Source of the DNA: Lytechinus pictus | Taxonomy: Eukaryota | Direction: 5' to 3' | DNA length: 64,000 bases | NCBI RefSeq assembly: GCF_037042905.1 | Contig: NC_087252.1 | Coordinates: forward strand, 7,380,001 to 7,444,000 | In this document: positions 50,362 through 62,000 of the stretch, one piece after another | Layout: each line of letters begins with the position of its first letter | How positions within the stretch are numbered: the stretch's first letter is position 1 | Program-made: the position numbers and the translations under genes | The notes under the pieces: generated by a model | What the model was told of the DNA's origin: nothing | Database searches by the model: none | The model's input: the letters and a program-made list of their open reading frames with translations, nothing else

Positions 50362-50985
50362 CCGGGGGGCACTTTCATGATTGACAAATGGGGTTTGGAA
50401 AAGCACCCTAAACGAGTATTTTCCATGTTCTGAAAATGCACCCCTTAACCAGTATTGGTGTGTGAAACCCCGCCCATCAAGTATATTGGCAACAAAACGA
50501 TACCCTTGAAAAGCTGTACTTGTAATAGGGGGTCATAGAATGAATACTTTGACCCCCGAAACAAGTAAAGCAATAGTTAAACAGCTAGCCCCCATGCATC
50601 AATAGCAGCAATCCCTTTTCTAGAGAGTGAATGCACATTTGAGTTACAATTACATCAGAGAAGCAAATTAACAAACAAACAACCGATGAGTGAGTTTCCT
50701 GGGACCGCCCCATCTTCCACAGGACCCTAAACACGTAGTGTTGGTGCAAAAAGTACATCCTTTATAAAATATTTTAGTCTTATACCCTCGTAAATTAGAC
50801 CGTAAACAAGAAGCTTTCCTAGCGAAATATTTCCTTTTTTATTGTTTTAGCGTTATTGACACCCTTATTACGTAACGTACGTAACGGGCCCTATATATCT
50901 TGAAAAAGGGATCATTTTTTTACGCTTTTCCTTGGTCACATGTGGTATCCACTCGTCAATGGAAGTGCCCCCCCCCCCCCCCCGG
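50362..50985. mobile_element. Second copy of the 27826-28355 family
   Basis: Shared interior and right TIR; TSD TGTTCGCT/TGTTAGCT. Confidence 0.7.
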
Positions 50986-51374
50986 TGTTAGCTCAATAGC
51001 ACTAGCAAAAACAATTCTGTTTTAATAATGCATGTTTTGTTGAGATCAGCAAATCAGACTATACTGTGCCGCTGGTGGATAAATGGGGGGGGGGGGCCTT
51101 TGGGGACCGTGGCCACCCCACCCTTATTTCACGACCAATTAAAAAAAAAGAAATAAAAGGGAAAGAGAGAAGAGAGAAAGTTACATTATTTTCTGAATAC
51201 TATGTCAAAATCTATTCGAAACTTAATTGTATTAACTAAAATGCAATTTTTGCTCGCCCTCTTCACTCTCTCGCATCATGAATTTTAGAATTTTTGTTCC
51301 CTCCACTATACCTGGCCCCCTCAAATTCGTTGACTCATTACGTTTGTGTAATTTATATATTCCCAACCCCATCA

Positions 51375-51521
51375 GGGGCCCGATGCAGAAAGAGTTGCGT
51401 TTAAACGCATGTCAAAAAATCAATCGCAAGTCCAAAATGCGCGCTGTTGATTGGTTGAAAATGAAGTTGCGCATGATTTTTAAAGATGCGTTTGATTGCA
51501 ACTCTTTCTGCAACGGGCCCC
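51375..51521. mobile_element. Harbinger-like MITE (GGGGCCCG.TGCAGAAAGAGTTG); related copies at 18881-19033, 34572-34843, 40442-40598, ~43805-44030
   Basis: GGG(G)CCC...GGGCCC(C) inverted termini. Confidence 0.7.
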
Positions 51522-52602
51522 TGCACAACTATATTTAGGACTACTGTACATGGCCAGTGACGACATCGGTTATCTTTTGAGGTGGTCAGCACAGCGTAGC
51601 CAATGGGGCATTTTCTATTTGCATAATTTGACTATTTTAAGACGAACATAATTTTCAATTTCGCATTTTTCTTAATCCCTATATTTTTCTCACTTCCGCC
51701 CCCTCCCCTTCCTGGTCGTACAACTAGGGGGATAAGTGCTCGAATTCCCTATTGATAGGGAAAGTGAGAAATATAGGGATTAAGAATAATGAGAAATTGA
51801 AAATAATTACTCTCAAAGTTTCGTCTTAAAAGAGTCAAATTATATGCCACGCGGTGATTTTAAAAACTCATGGTCATGTGAACTGCCGTAAGGATCCTTA
51901 ATCCTTACGGCAGTTAACACGATCATGAGTTTTCAAAGTCACCGAGTATATATAATATATATATACATATATAAGTTAGTACATGTGGATGTTCATATAT
52001 ATATTCATTCGATGTCATAATGAATACACTCCAGAAAAATACAGCCTCTTTCTTTTCGTGATCTGTCACTATGGTGATAACATAATCTGCTCGCTCTCTG
52101 CCCCCCCCCCTATATTGCCTATTTTATGAGATATGCTGAACATCTTTTTTTAGGATTCGGCGTTTAATGTCTTGCTTTTCAAGTCAAGTTCTATTTAAGT
52201 TTTGCATGTGCTTCGTATACTTATTATTCTATCATGCAAGAAACACATATCACAATTATAACAAGTGCTTAAAATATCAAATGTTTAAACTGTCAAATAC
52301 AAAATCGACTCGGTGTGCTTCGCGCTCCCATTATTTTTTGTCATGAGATACTCGTCCATTTTACAAATACATGTATACAAGTGTGTCCCCTTTTAAAGTT
52401 TGGTATATTTTCTAACTTTCGTTTCCATACACGTATAGGTGCTTAAAATGTTCCTTTCCCGATCAGTACAACTTGAAATTTCGCGTTCACACCCGGCGTT
52501 CACAATCGTTATAGTTTAGTGTATCGTATTCATGCTGAAAATTACCCTTTTCATTTCAAAAATTATATATACAATGCTTCCCCAAACAAGTAACCGGGAT
52601 TC

Positions 52603-54054
52603 CAGGCGCGTAGCCAGGGGGGGGGCGGTGGGGGCGGTCGCCCCCCCCCCCCCAAACGTCCCCAAAAAGAAAAAAAAGAAGGGAAAAAAGAGAGGAGAAA
52701 AGGGAAAGCGAAGGAAGGAAAGGGAAGAAAGGTAGCTTTGTGGGTATTTCTTTTTATTCTTTTTTTTTCTCAAAAAGAAACTCCTTCACTCTTGCTCTAA
52801 ATTTATATACATGAATTTTGCTTCCGCGCTGCGCGCGGTTAAATGACAATATTGCAGTTCTCCTTTGTTTCCCTCACCCTTTCTCTACCCTGTTTTTCCA
52901 CCTCAGCTATATGTGTTTCTTGCCAGTTAAAGTTCAAATATATACATTAGGGCATGAAATTAGAGTAAGGATAGTCCGAAGTATATGAAGTTATCTTTTT
53001 TTTATTGGTCGCGCAACTTCTGGTCGGGTCGGCTCCGGGCGGGTAAAATCTTTTTATCAATTTCTGCCGTCACCTCCATAAAGGCAACTTATCCCTCTTT
53101 TCAGCTCATTACTAAACAACCATAATTCGGGGGCAAACAGGTTCCTAATTTAAAAAAAAGGAAGGTATAAAATTCTTGTTGTATTAAATAAAAGAGTTCA
53201 ATATTTTTTATCAAATTCTACTAAACTTCATGTCATTTCCCTATACACATTCATCTCCTGTCCTGTTCTGCGCCCTAAGTTTGAAATATGAATGACACTT
53301 AAATTTCTTTATCATTCAAAATGAAGCACATCAGGATAATTATACATTATCCTGTTTTATAAATTTCAATAAATCACATGCAGAAGTTTCAACTTTTTGC
53401 GCACTGTTTTCCTTGTAATGAATTTCAATAATCGTAGAGGAAAAACAATTGAATTTGAGCCGATGGGGGTATTAGAGATATCTGCATTTGACGAAACGTC
53501 CGCCCTTTAAAATTTCAGAGTTTCATTGCTCTGCGCGGGGAGGAATATCTTCCTCCCGGCATATATCCTTCTTCTCCTCTGTTTTGCGAGTTAAAGATAT
53601 ATATGCACTGTCGCTAAATTATTGTTTGTAATCAAATCTGATCTTTCCAAGGGAAGTATTCAATATAACTTAGAGAATACCCTTTTCTCGGGACCCTTTT
53701 CTTTGCAAAAAAAAATTGATAAAACACTTTAGCTTCCGCGCTTCGCGCGTGATTAATTTTATTTTAATTTCCTTCATTTTATCCTTTTTTTGTGCGTTCA
53801 CAATCACTTTTGAAAACAAGGTTCAAAATCAAAATATAGTCAACTGAATTGGGGCTGATATAGGTACTAGAGACAAGAGAGACGGCTCCTTTTCATTTTA
53901 ATTTATGAAACACCGAAAGCTTCGCGAGGGAGGGGGAAACTCCCCCTCCCTGCACCCACCCCCTAGGGAGCGCGCTTCGCGCGCTTTGTAAGTGTTGGCA
54001 CGCTTCGCGTGCATTTACCGCCCCCTCCAAAATGAAATCCTGGCTACGCGGTTG
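52603..54054. mobile_element. hAT-like non-autonomous element, 1.45 kb
   Basis: CGGGATTC|CAGGCGCGTAGCCAGG...CCTGGCTACGCGGTTG|CGGGATTC (8-bp TSD). Confidence 0.85.
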
Positions 54055-54856
54055 CGGGATTCCCCAGGTCTTTTTGTTTCTTATAATATTTCATTTACAT
54101 CACCATACGAGTCAATTATTCCTCTATATTTTGATACCTGCTAATAGGAGAACACTTCACGCATTAATGAGCAAAACAAGTTTGAAATCTGAATGTCAAA
54201 ATCAGGTAGCGCAAAAATTGTTGGACAAGATTGGTTCGTGATACGACTAACGTGCTTTTTCGACGACTGGCTCAGCACTTCTTTCTTTTTATTTTCATTT
54301 TTTAAGTTTCACTCACTGATCCCTGGAGTGAGATGGATTCAGCTTCACACCGTGAATTTCTGCGCAAATATCTATTTTTTGTTTGTAATCTGCCATGCGT
54401 AAACGATTTGCTAAGCTGTGTTGGTCTCAAATCAAAGACGAAATTTCACTATAGGTGCCAAATTTATAGTAAAACATTAATAATTGTGAAATCTATCTCT
54501 GAAAATGGGATTCCTTTCTGGTATACACTGTTAAAAAAAACCTAATTTTACAGATAAACAAAAAGAAGATTTGCAGAAAAAATAACAGAATTCATAAAAA
54601 AATAATTTTTCTGCAATTTAAGAACAGGTCTGTTTAAAATGGGGAAAAGGGTGTTTTATTTAAGAAAATTTGTAAGATTCCATACACCAAATACCAATTT
54701 CATGTAAGATTACGTAGTCTGGTAAGATTACAGGTGTTCTCGAGACTCTGCTGCAGGAACTTCTTTTATTTTAAGGATAAGTAGGCTACGGGGTATAATA
54801 TCTCACCCGGATTTTCTTAGTACGCATCTGTTTAGACAATTAAATAGCAATCAACC

Positions 54857-56320
54857 TCAGACAGCTCCTTGTTCCTGTTGACTTTTTTTGAGCTGACGTC
54901 CAAATAGAGGGACGCTCATGGTTACTGGTAAATCTCTCTTGAAGAGATCAGCAATGGCTTGACGGAACTGCTCGTGACGCAGTGTATAGATGATGGGATT
55001 AGCACACGAGTTGAAGAACCCGAAGAGGGTCAGGATTCGGTGATAGATACTGTAAGGGTACCAGGGAGGGATGACTGAGGTGGTGTAGAGCAAGAAACCC
55101 ACCTGACTTGGAATCCAGCACAGGACGTAGATCATAATGACAATGAGCATTAACTGGATGACTCTGCTTCTAGCGGTCAGGTGGACGTTTCCTTCGGAGG
55201 CAGCGCCACCAGCGTTTGATCGGAACCAGACGGCTTGATGGTATAATTTCCTTGCGATGAGAACTTGGGTGATTACCATGATGAGGGATGGGAAGAAAAT
55301 CCGATAGAGGAAGAGAGCAGTCCCGGTAACTGCTCCGATGAAATCCTTGGTGAAGATCATTGTGCACCTGCCATTATAGGAGTTGACAATGAAGTAAGCA
55401 TAGATACCAGTGATAACGTAGTTGACGATCCAGATTAGAACGATGGTCGACTTGACACGACATCGGCTGAGAATCATTGAGAAGTAGACTGGGTGGACGA
55501 CCGCTAGATATCTCTCAATACTGACAGCGACAAGGAGGTACGTTGAGACAGCCATGTTGGCCCACATCAGAACAGACGACTGGATCACCTTACAGTATAC
55601 CTGTCCCTCCCAACTTCCTGGGACGTGCAGGACCCTGGGAATGGGTATCACGAACAGAGATGTCAACAGATCTGCCGCTGCTAGGTTTCCAATCAGGGTA
55701 TCGGTGACTCGGTTAGCCGCACGATGCTGATACAGAACAACTATGACAAGTGCGTTGCCGAAAATGCCTAGCAGGGAGAAAATCATCTGGATTATCACCA
55801 GGGGGTTCCAGGGAATTGAAGACCATGCAAAGCTAGCTTCTTCGGTGGCGGATGTACCGTTGCCTCCGTTTGCATCAATTGCTACAGATGTGGACAACGC
55901 CCCGACATCAATGTCTTCGGGATATCCATCGCCAGTGGTAGGCCATTCATCTGAAGTGCTAGGCACCTTGACTGTGGAATGGCCAACCGGCATCACAGGA
56001 TATTCCCTAGAAACAACTTTTCGTTCCATAGATACCGTCTCTACGTGTAGCCCTTCAGAGGATGTCATGTAAACTGTCAGCATGGTAAATGATTCATGGT
56101 TTTGTTCGGCACCATCAGTCGGGAGTTTGGCGGATGTTGGAAACTCACTTGTAGTTTGGAAATGGGAACTTCCAGAAATATTCTCACTGTGAGAACTGTT
56201 CTCCCACGATCCGTCCTGCGTCTTGGTACTTGGGTCGTAACCAATAGATGCAGGCGTGAAATTTCCATCATCCGCGGTGACAGAGAGGAATAGGTACAAC
56301 AAACCTATTATCATCACCAT
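54857..56320 (-). CDS. Rhodopsin-family (class A) GPCR, peptide-receptor-like (galanin/allatostatin-A/somatostatin receptor-like orphan), 487 aa
   Basis: Uninterrupted ORF with 7 hydrophobic segments and class A motifs: GN (TM1), NLAAADL (TM2), C at the top of TM3, ERY, CWIP (TM6), NSCANPIIY (TM7). Hydrophobic N-terminal signal peptide. A splice acceptor ttttag lies 8 nt upstream of the ATG. Confidence 0.92.
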   Translation of the reverse strand: MVMIIGLLYLFLSVTADDGNFTPASIGYDPSTKTQDGSWENSSHSENISGSSHFQTTSEFPTSAKLPTDGAEQNHESFTMLTVYMTSSEGLHVETVSMERKVVSREYPVMPVGHSTVKVPSTSDEWPTTGDGYPEDIDVGALSTSVAIDANGGNGTSATEEASFAWSSIPWNPLVIIQMIFSLLGIFGNALVIVVLYQHRAANRVTDTLIGNLAAADLLTSLFVIPIPRVLHVPGSWEGQVYCKVIQSSVLMWANMAVSTYLLVAVSIERYLAVVHPVYFSMILSRCRVKSTIVLIWIVNYVITGIYAYFIVNSYNGRCTMIFTKDFIGAVTGTALFLYRIFFPSLIMVITQVLIARKLYHQAVWFRSNAGGAASEGNVHLTARSRVIQLMLIVIMIYVLCWIPSQVGFLLYTTSVIPPWYPYSIYHRILTLFGFFNSCANPIIYTLRHEQFRQAIADLFKRDLPVTMSVPLFGRQLKKSQQEQGAV

Positions 56321-56713
56321 CGTATCATCTAAAAGTGTATGAATACATAACGAACATAGATATATAAATGAATGAATACATAATTAAATGTTTTATAAAA
56401 AGGACAAGTATATATAGCCTTTGCGGCAAAGTAGACGATTATTCAAAATTGGCATTCGGAGTTCAGTGAAATGTCCCTTTACCTGAACTCACTTTCATCT
56501 GAAGGATTATTCCTATCACATACTTAACGCTAACCCTATATTTCTTCCAAGAAATTAAAAGGGGAGTAAAGGTGTCACCTCTGTGGTTGCATTGTCTTAT
56601 CAATCCAATCAGTTAAACAAAATAAAGATGCCACACCAATTCTCGCACTATTGGCGAGACTTGAGAAATCACTTGACCGCTTGAATGCATACTGATATTA
56701 TATGATAGATCCA

Positions 56714-56734
56714 TTGATTGACTGACTGACTGAC

Positions 56735-56766
<32 letters not shown>

Positions 56767-56772
56767 CGATTG

Positions 56773-56807
<35 letters not shown>

Positions 56808-56825
56808 AATTTATTTATTTATTGA
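56714..56825. repeat. (GATT/GACT)n microsatellite; (AC)n(AT)n at 57189-57231
   Basis: Direct reading. Confidence 0.92.
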
Positions 56826-56894
56826 TAGAAAATTAATTTCATTACAAATTTTCAACGATAAATTTACAAATAAAAGCGTAATATATTCCAACAC

Positions 56895-57190
56895 AATTAC
56901 AAATCAGTCAAAATGACTAGATCATTAGTCAGCTGGGTGCCACTGATATGTCTAGTCACATTTCTGAAGTAATGTATTCTTCTCAGACACAACTATGTTC
57001 TAGTAAAATGCGACAAGAAATTAGTCAAATAGGACTAGAATAACAGTTGCACCCAGCAGTTGACTCGATTAACTTTTCATTTTTTGACTGATTTGTTTTT
57101 GAGAGTGAGCGAATGGGAATCACCTGGAAAACATAACTTGTTAATGAAGGTTCCTTCAATAAGTTAAGTGACATATTCATAAGGAATTAT

Positions 57191-57230
<40 letters not shown>

Positions 57231-58222
57231 CTCGAAATAAATCATATTAGTTCATGCAGAAATCTCAAAAATGAAAGACAAACGAGGCTGAATAATAAAA
57301 GGAGATGACGAGACAAGTGATAGGGACAACACGAAACAAAACGTTACAAGAATGTGATATGATAGTATATAATATGATATTATGATAATCATGTATTCCA
57401 CCAATTATTATTCACACCTTTTTTTCATCGGAGCCCGCAGTTGTACAAGCTTGCTTTTATGTGGGTTCCATCGATTATCTTTCTTTGACTTCACTTAAGC
57501 TTTAACTTCGTAATTTAAGTGTTTGTATCATCATATACTCGTATACTTTTCAATTGTCTGTAATGTTAGTTAAAGCATTTTTGTTGCCATTCTGGCTGTG
57601 AAACCAAATAATGTCAAACGAGAAATATGAAAAATACATGAAATGAGATAAAATGCGATGTAATGGTTTTGTTTGTTTAATTGAAGTATCACATCCCCCA
57701 AATAATAATCAAATGAAGTGGAAAAAATTAAATTTATTTGTAAGCGCAGACCAACTTTATAGGCCTACCTTTTAATACATTAACGGGAACGCCCTATACA
57801 TGTATAATTTATCATGTTAGCGATCCAGTCTCATCAGCCCTGTCTCAAATTGGCATTCACATCCAAAGTTTATTCTTTCCGAATTATGTGTAAGACCAAA
57901 AATATCGGTTGATATACTTTTTTTAGAAAATGGCTCAAAAATTTAGCAAAAAACGCTCTCACAGACATCAGAGTAGTTTTGTGCGGACTTTGACTTGTTC
58001 AAACAAACAAATCAGTTAAATTGACTAGACGAGTAGTCAGCTGGGTGCAACTGATTATGACAATTACTGATATAGTCACATTTCTGACAGATATTCTAGT
58101 CAGACATAACTATGTTCTAGTAAAATACGACTAGAAAATAGTCAAAATATGATTAGAGTAACAGTTGCACCCGCAGCTGACCCAATTACCTAGTCATTTT
58201 TGACTGATTTGTTTTTAGAGTG
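56895..58222. repeat. Two copies (~56895-57107 and ~57954-58222) of a short inverted-repeat element with ...AGAGTG end (CACT-like termini)
   Basis: Shared GTCAGCTGGGTGC...AACAGTTGCACCC...TTTTGACTGATTTGTTTT. Confidence 0.6.
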
Positions 58223-58304
58223 TACAATATTGCCTTCAAAATTATTGATCTAAATTTCTTTCATCTTTTATTTCATTCATTTTGTTCTGATTATAATTCT
58301 GAAT

Positions 58305-58900
58305 TGGATTGATTTGATTTAATTTGATTTACCAATATAAAAACAATGCATATAGAATTACAACCCTAGCTAATATAATGATAAACATTGGACTCAGCTG
58401 CTGAGCTATTACATCACAAATGTACTGCCGAGGGGCCCAGCTATATTAAATAAACAAGATGAAATTCTTATTACAAAAATAAAGTCATTAACAAATTTGT
58501 ATAACATAAAAGCAACATCGATTAAAGGGAGAAAGAACAGCAATCCCTCCCCCATTGCACCTACAGTAGACTATCGAGCACCTAACCCCACCCACCACCC
58601 ACCCAAAAAGCACCCCCAAATCATATTTTTAAACTTTGGTTTAAAGGGAAATAGTTTTCAGGATTTGGTCATTAAGTTTCCTGCCAATGAATTTATTATA
58701 ATTGAAATTTTATAGGAAATAAAAAATTAAATTACGAGGCCCCATGGTATGAAAACATTCGACGACATGGTTCAGTGCGTGGCTAATAAGCTAGGTAAAG
58801 ATAAGTTTCCAATTGAACGTAAGGAATAGTTGTGATAAATAGTATTAAACGAATCTTTTAAATAAGGGGCACTGAGATCATAAATGGTTTTGAAAACCAC
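58305..58900 (-). mobile_element. Degraded 3' end of an L2/CR1-type LINE
   Basis: The minus strand reads HNYSLRSIGNLSLP / RTEPCRRMFSYHGAS; (AAATC)n-like tail near 58305-58330. Confidence 0.5.
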
Positions 58901-59296
58901 GGAGTTTTATGTTATTGTCGACGACATTCCAAAGATTCCCAGTTTAAGATTTGGATTGAAAGAGAAAATTAAAAAAAAGGTGAAATATTTCATACTCTAA
59001 ATATTTTTACACTCAGGTCTGAAACCTAATACAAAATTAGATTTTGGCTCGCTCACTTTGCTCGCTCGTAGGTTTTCCGAAACATTGTTCCGTACGCTAT
59101 GTCTGACCCCTTCAAATGTTTTGGATCATTACTCCACTGTTCCCCGCAAAACCAACCGCATGGGGTGTGACCGGCCGTTTGTTTTACTACCCTTTTGAAT
59201 ATCACTCCTCTAATATTCTTTATTCATGTTTATGGTAAAAGTTAAATGAAGAAGATACAAAAGAAATGGGATTTGATATTTAAAAGAGGGTATTAA

Positions 59297-59901
59297 AGGT
59301 CAAGTCCACCCCAGAGAAATGTTGACATGAATAAATAGAGAAAAATCAAACAAGCATAATGCTGAAAATTTGATCAAAATCGGATGTAAAATAAGAAAGT
59401 TATGACATTTTTAAGTTTGGCTTATTTTTCACAAAACAGTTATATGCACAACTCAGTGGCATGCAAATGAGTGAGTCGATGATGTCCATCACTCACTATT
59501 TCTTTTGTTTTTTATTGTTTGATTTAAACAATATTTCAATTTTTACCAATTTGACATCAAGGACCCACTTAACTGAACTAGAATATGTTATAAAAATTGG
59601 TAATGCCACAAGTTTAGGGAGGAATAAAACTTTGTCTCACAGGACAATGAGGAGAAAATTAGAATATTTCATATTTCATATAATAAAATACAAAAGAAAT
59701 AGTAGGTGAGTGATGTCATCAGTCCCCTCATTTGCATACTGACCAGGATGTGCAAATGACTGTTTTGTGAAATTAAGCGAAACTTTAAAATGTCATAACT
59801 TTCTTATTTTACATCCGATTTGAATGAAATTTTCAGTGTTATGCTTGTTGGATTTTTCTCTTTTTATTCAAACCAACTTTTTGTTGGGGTGGACTTGTCC
59901 T
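59297..59901. mobile_element. TTAA-flanked MITE, family AGG(A/T)CAAGTCCACCCC, copy 4
   Basis: TIR plus TTAA on both sides. Confidence 0.85.
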
Positions 59902-60047
59902 TTAATGGAAAAGAACAATAAAAACAAACAAGAGTCATCAATATGGAACATAACCTATATAAAAAAATTCAGCTTCTCTTGTGTTATCCGAAAAGCTTTC
60001 TTTATTTTATTGTATTTATGAGTGATAAGAAGAAGTTTGTGTCAAAT

Positions 60048-60323
60048 CAGGGGCGGATCCAGGATTTTCCAAAGGGGGGGGGGGCAAATTTATCAGAGGA
60101 AAATTTTGACAAGCCCCCCCCCCAAAAAAAAAAAAAAGAAAAGGTTTTTAATGACAAATTAAGGATATTTCGTACCCGAAAAAAATTGACAAGCGAAAAA
60201 AAAAAAAAAAGGTCTTCAATTTCAAAATTGTTTTCATGGCATTTTACATTACAAATTTTTATTTTGATTCTCAAAGGGGGGGGGACGTGCCCCCTGTGCC
60301 CCCCCCCCCTGGATCCACGCCTG
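60048..60323. mobile_element. hAT-like MITE
   Basis: TGTCAAAT|CAGGGGCGGATCCAGG...CCTGGATCCACGCCTG|TGTCAAAT. Confidence 0.85.
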
Positions 60324-62000
60324 TGTCAAATGATTCTTGATTGGAAAGCGTTGTGATTTTGTAATCATTATTGCCATTGCTTCTTTTAATCAAGAAAATA
60401 GAAAGAGAAGAAAAATTTTATATATTATATCACAAATCGTGATTATGATAATGATTATGATGTGATATTATATGATATGACATGGTATGATATTACAAAG
60501 TTAAATGGCATAAAAATGCAAATAAATACAATGGTGGAATAAACAATGAGCCCTCAAATTCCTGAAATATATGTTTAGTTCATTGGCTTTATCGTTTACC
60601 CGTCCTTCAGTGTCTTGTTTCAATGTGTTGTTGGAATTCAGCTATCAAACATAACCTTATAGTATTCTATGTATTCGTGCTCTATTGATCTTACTATCAA
60701 AGCAACTTCATTACCCAAATGCTTTCCCATTCTGTACTTAACATTAAACCACATTTCTACCCTGGTCTTATATGTTGCTCAACCTTCCACTATTCAAATA
60801 CAATGTATTCATTATAGCCATGCTCCCTTGTAGTTCTCTATCTCCGGGAATCATTGTCAGTGGAGATAAGTAGATAATCAGTCTTTTTACTCAAGAGTAT
60901 ATATTGCCATACTTGTAATTTTAGCGCCAAGTTTCTGTACATAATATATACTGATCGATACCCGCTTCCCCTATTTTTGCTCTTCATTACTTGCATTCCT
61001 GATTATATTGTTTAAATTTTGTTTGCTACTAATGAATGCTTACATCTTTTCCCTTTTTATTCTGATGGGAATGAATAGATTACTTTTGTACTAGTACAAA
61101 AGCCCCTTCTTGACAGGGATTCCTTAACAAGACCTCGAGGTAAGGTGTTGTGTTATTTTAACAGTGAATAAGAGTCTTGTGTATTCATGCATGCTTAGTT
61201 TTTCCATTTGCTGTATTCTACATTATGCATGCCTGCTCAGTATTAACTCACTACCGATTAACCTCAACCTTCACTGTTATTCCCACTTGATTTCTTTTAA
61301 TGCTTGATTCATTAAATAATTTGCATGTTTTCCCCAACCTACGTTCTTTAATTTCATTTATTTATTTTTATTTATTTATTTTATTTTTTTGCTTGTTTCA
61401 TTCGGTATACGCTTTAATATTCGCTTGCTATTTTGTCTAATGATATTTATCCCCTATTCATGTACTGCATATTATGCTTATATTTTCTTGCATACCTTCC
61501 CTATTGCATGCTAATTTCATTTTCTTTATATCTTTATATATATTGTAGATATTCGCTTCTGTTCTGCATTCGCTTGTATTATTCGTATTTGTATATACAT
61601 GCTTGCTTTCCCATTTTGTTGTTTATTTGTTGTTTATTTTTCATTGTTTCTCTTTTTGACAAACGCAGATCCTTTTTCCGCTTTTTAGTAGATACTAATT
61701 GCTTATTATTTTATTACCATATAAGAGTAATTCAGTTCATTTATTTTTAAGCTGGAGCACAGCATGATACATCTCCAAAGATGAGAGATATTATTTCTGT
61801 TTTCGTTTGCTACTTTCTTCCAAATGAGAGTATTTTATGTTTGTTTTGTGTTGTGTTTGTATCTGTCTTCTTGCCTGACTATTTCCATTCTTCCTTTCTT
61901 CAGATGCTTGCTGAGATGCTGCTTAAGAAGTGTTGGATTATTCCATCTTCCTTACAAATTGTTTATGTTTTATGCTTCTCCTGTTTTGATAAATTTTTAA

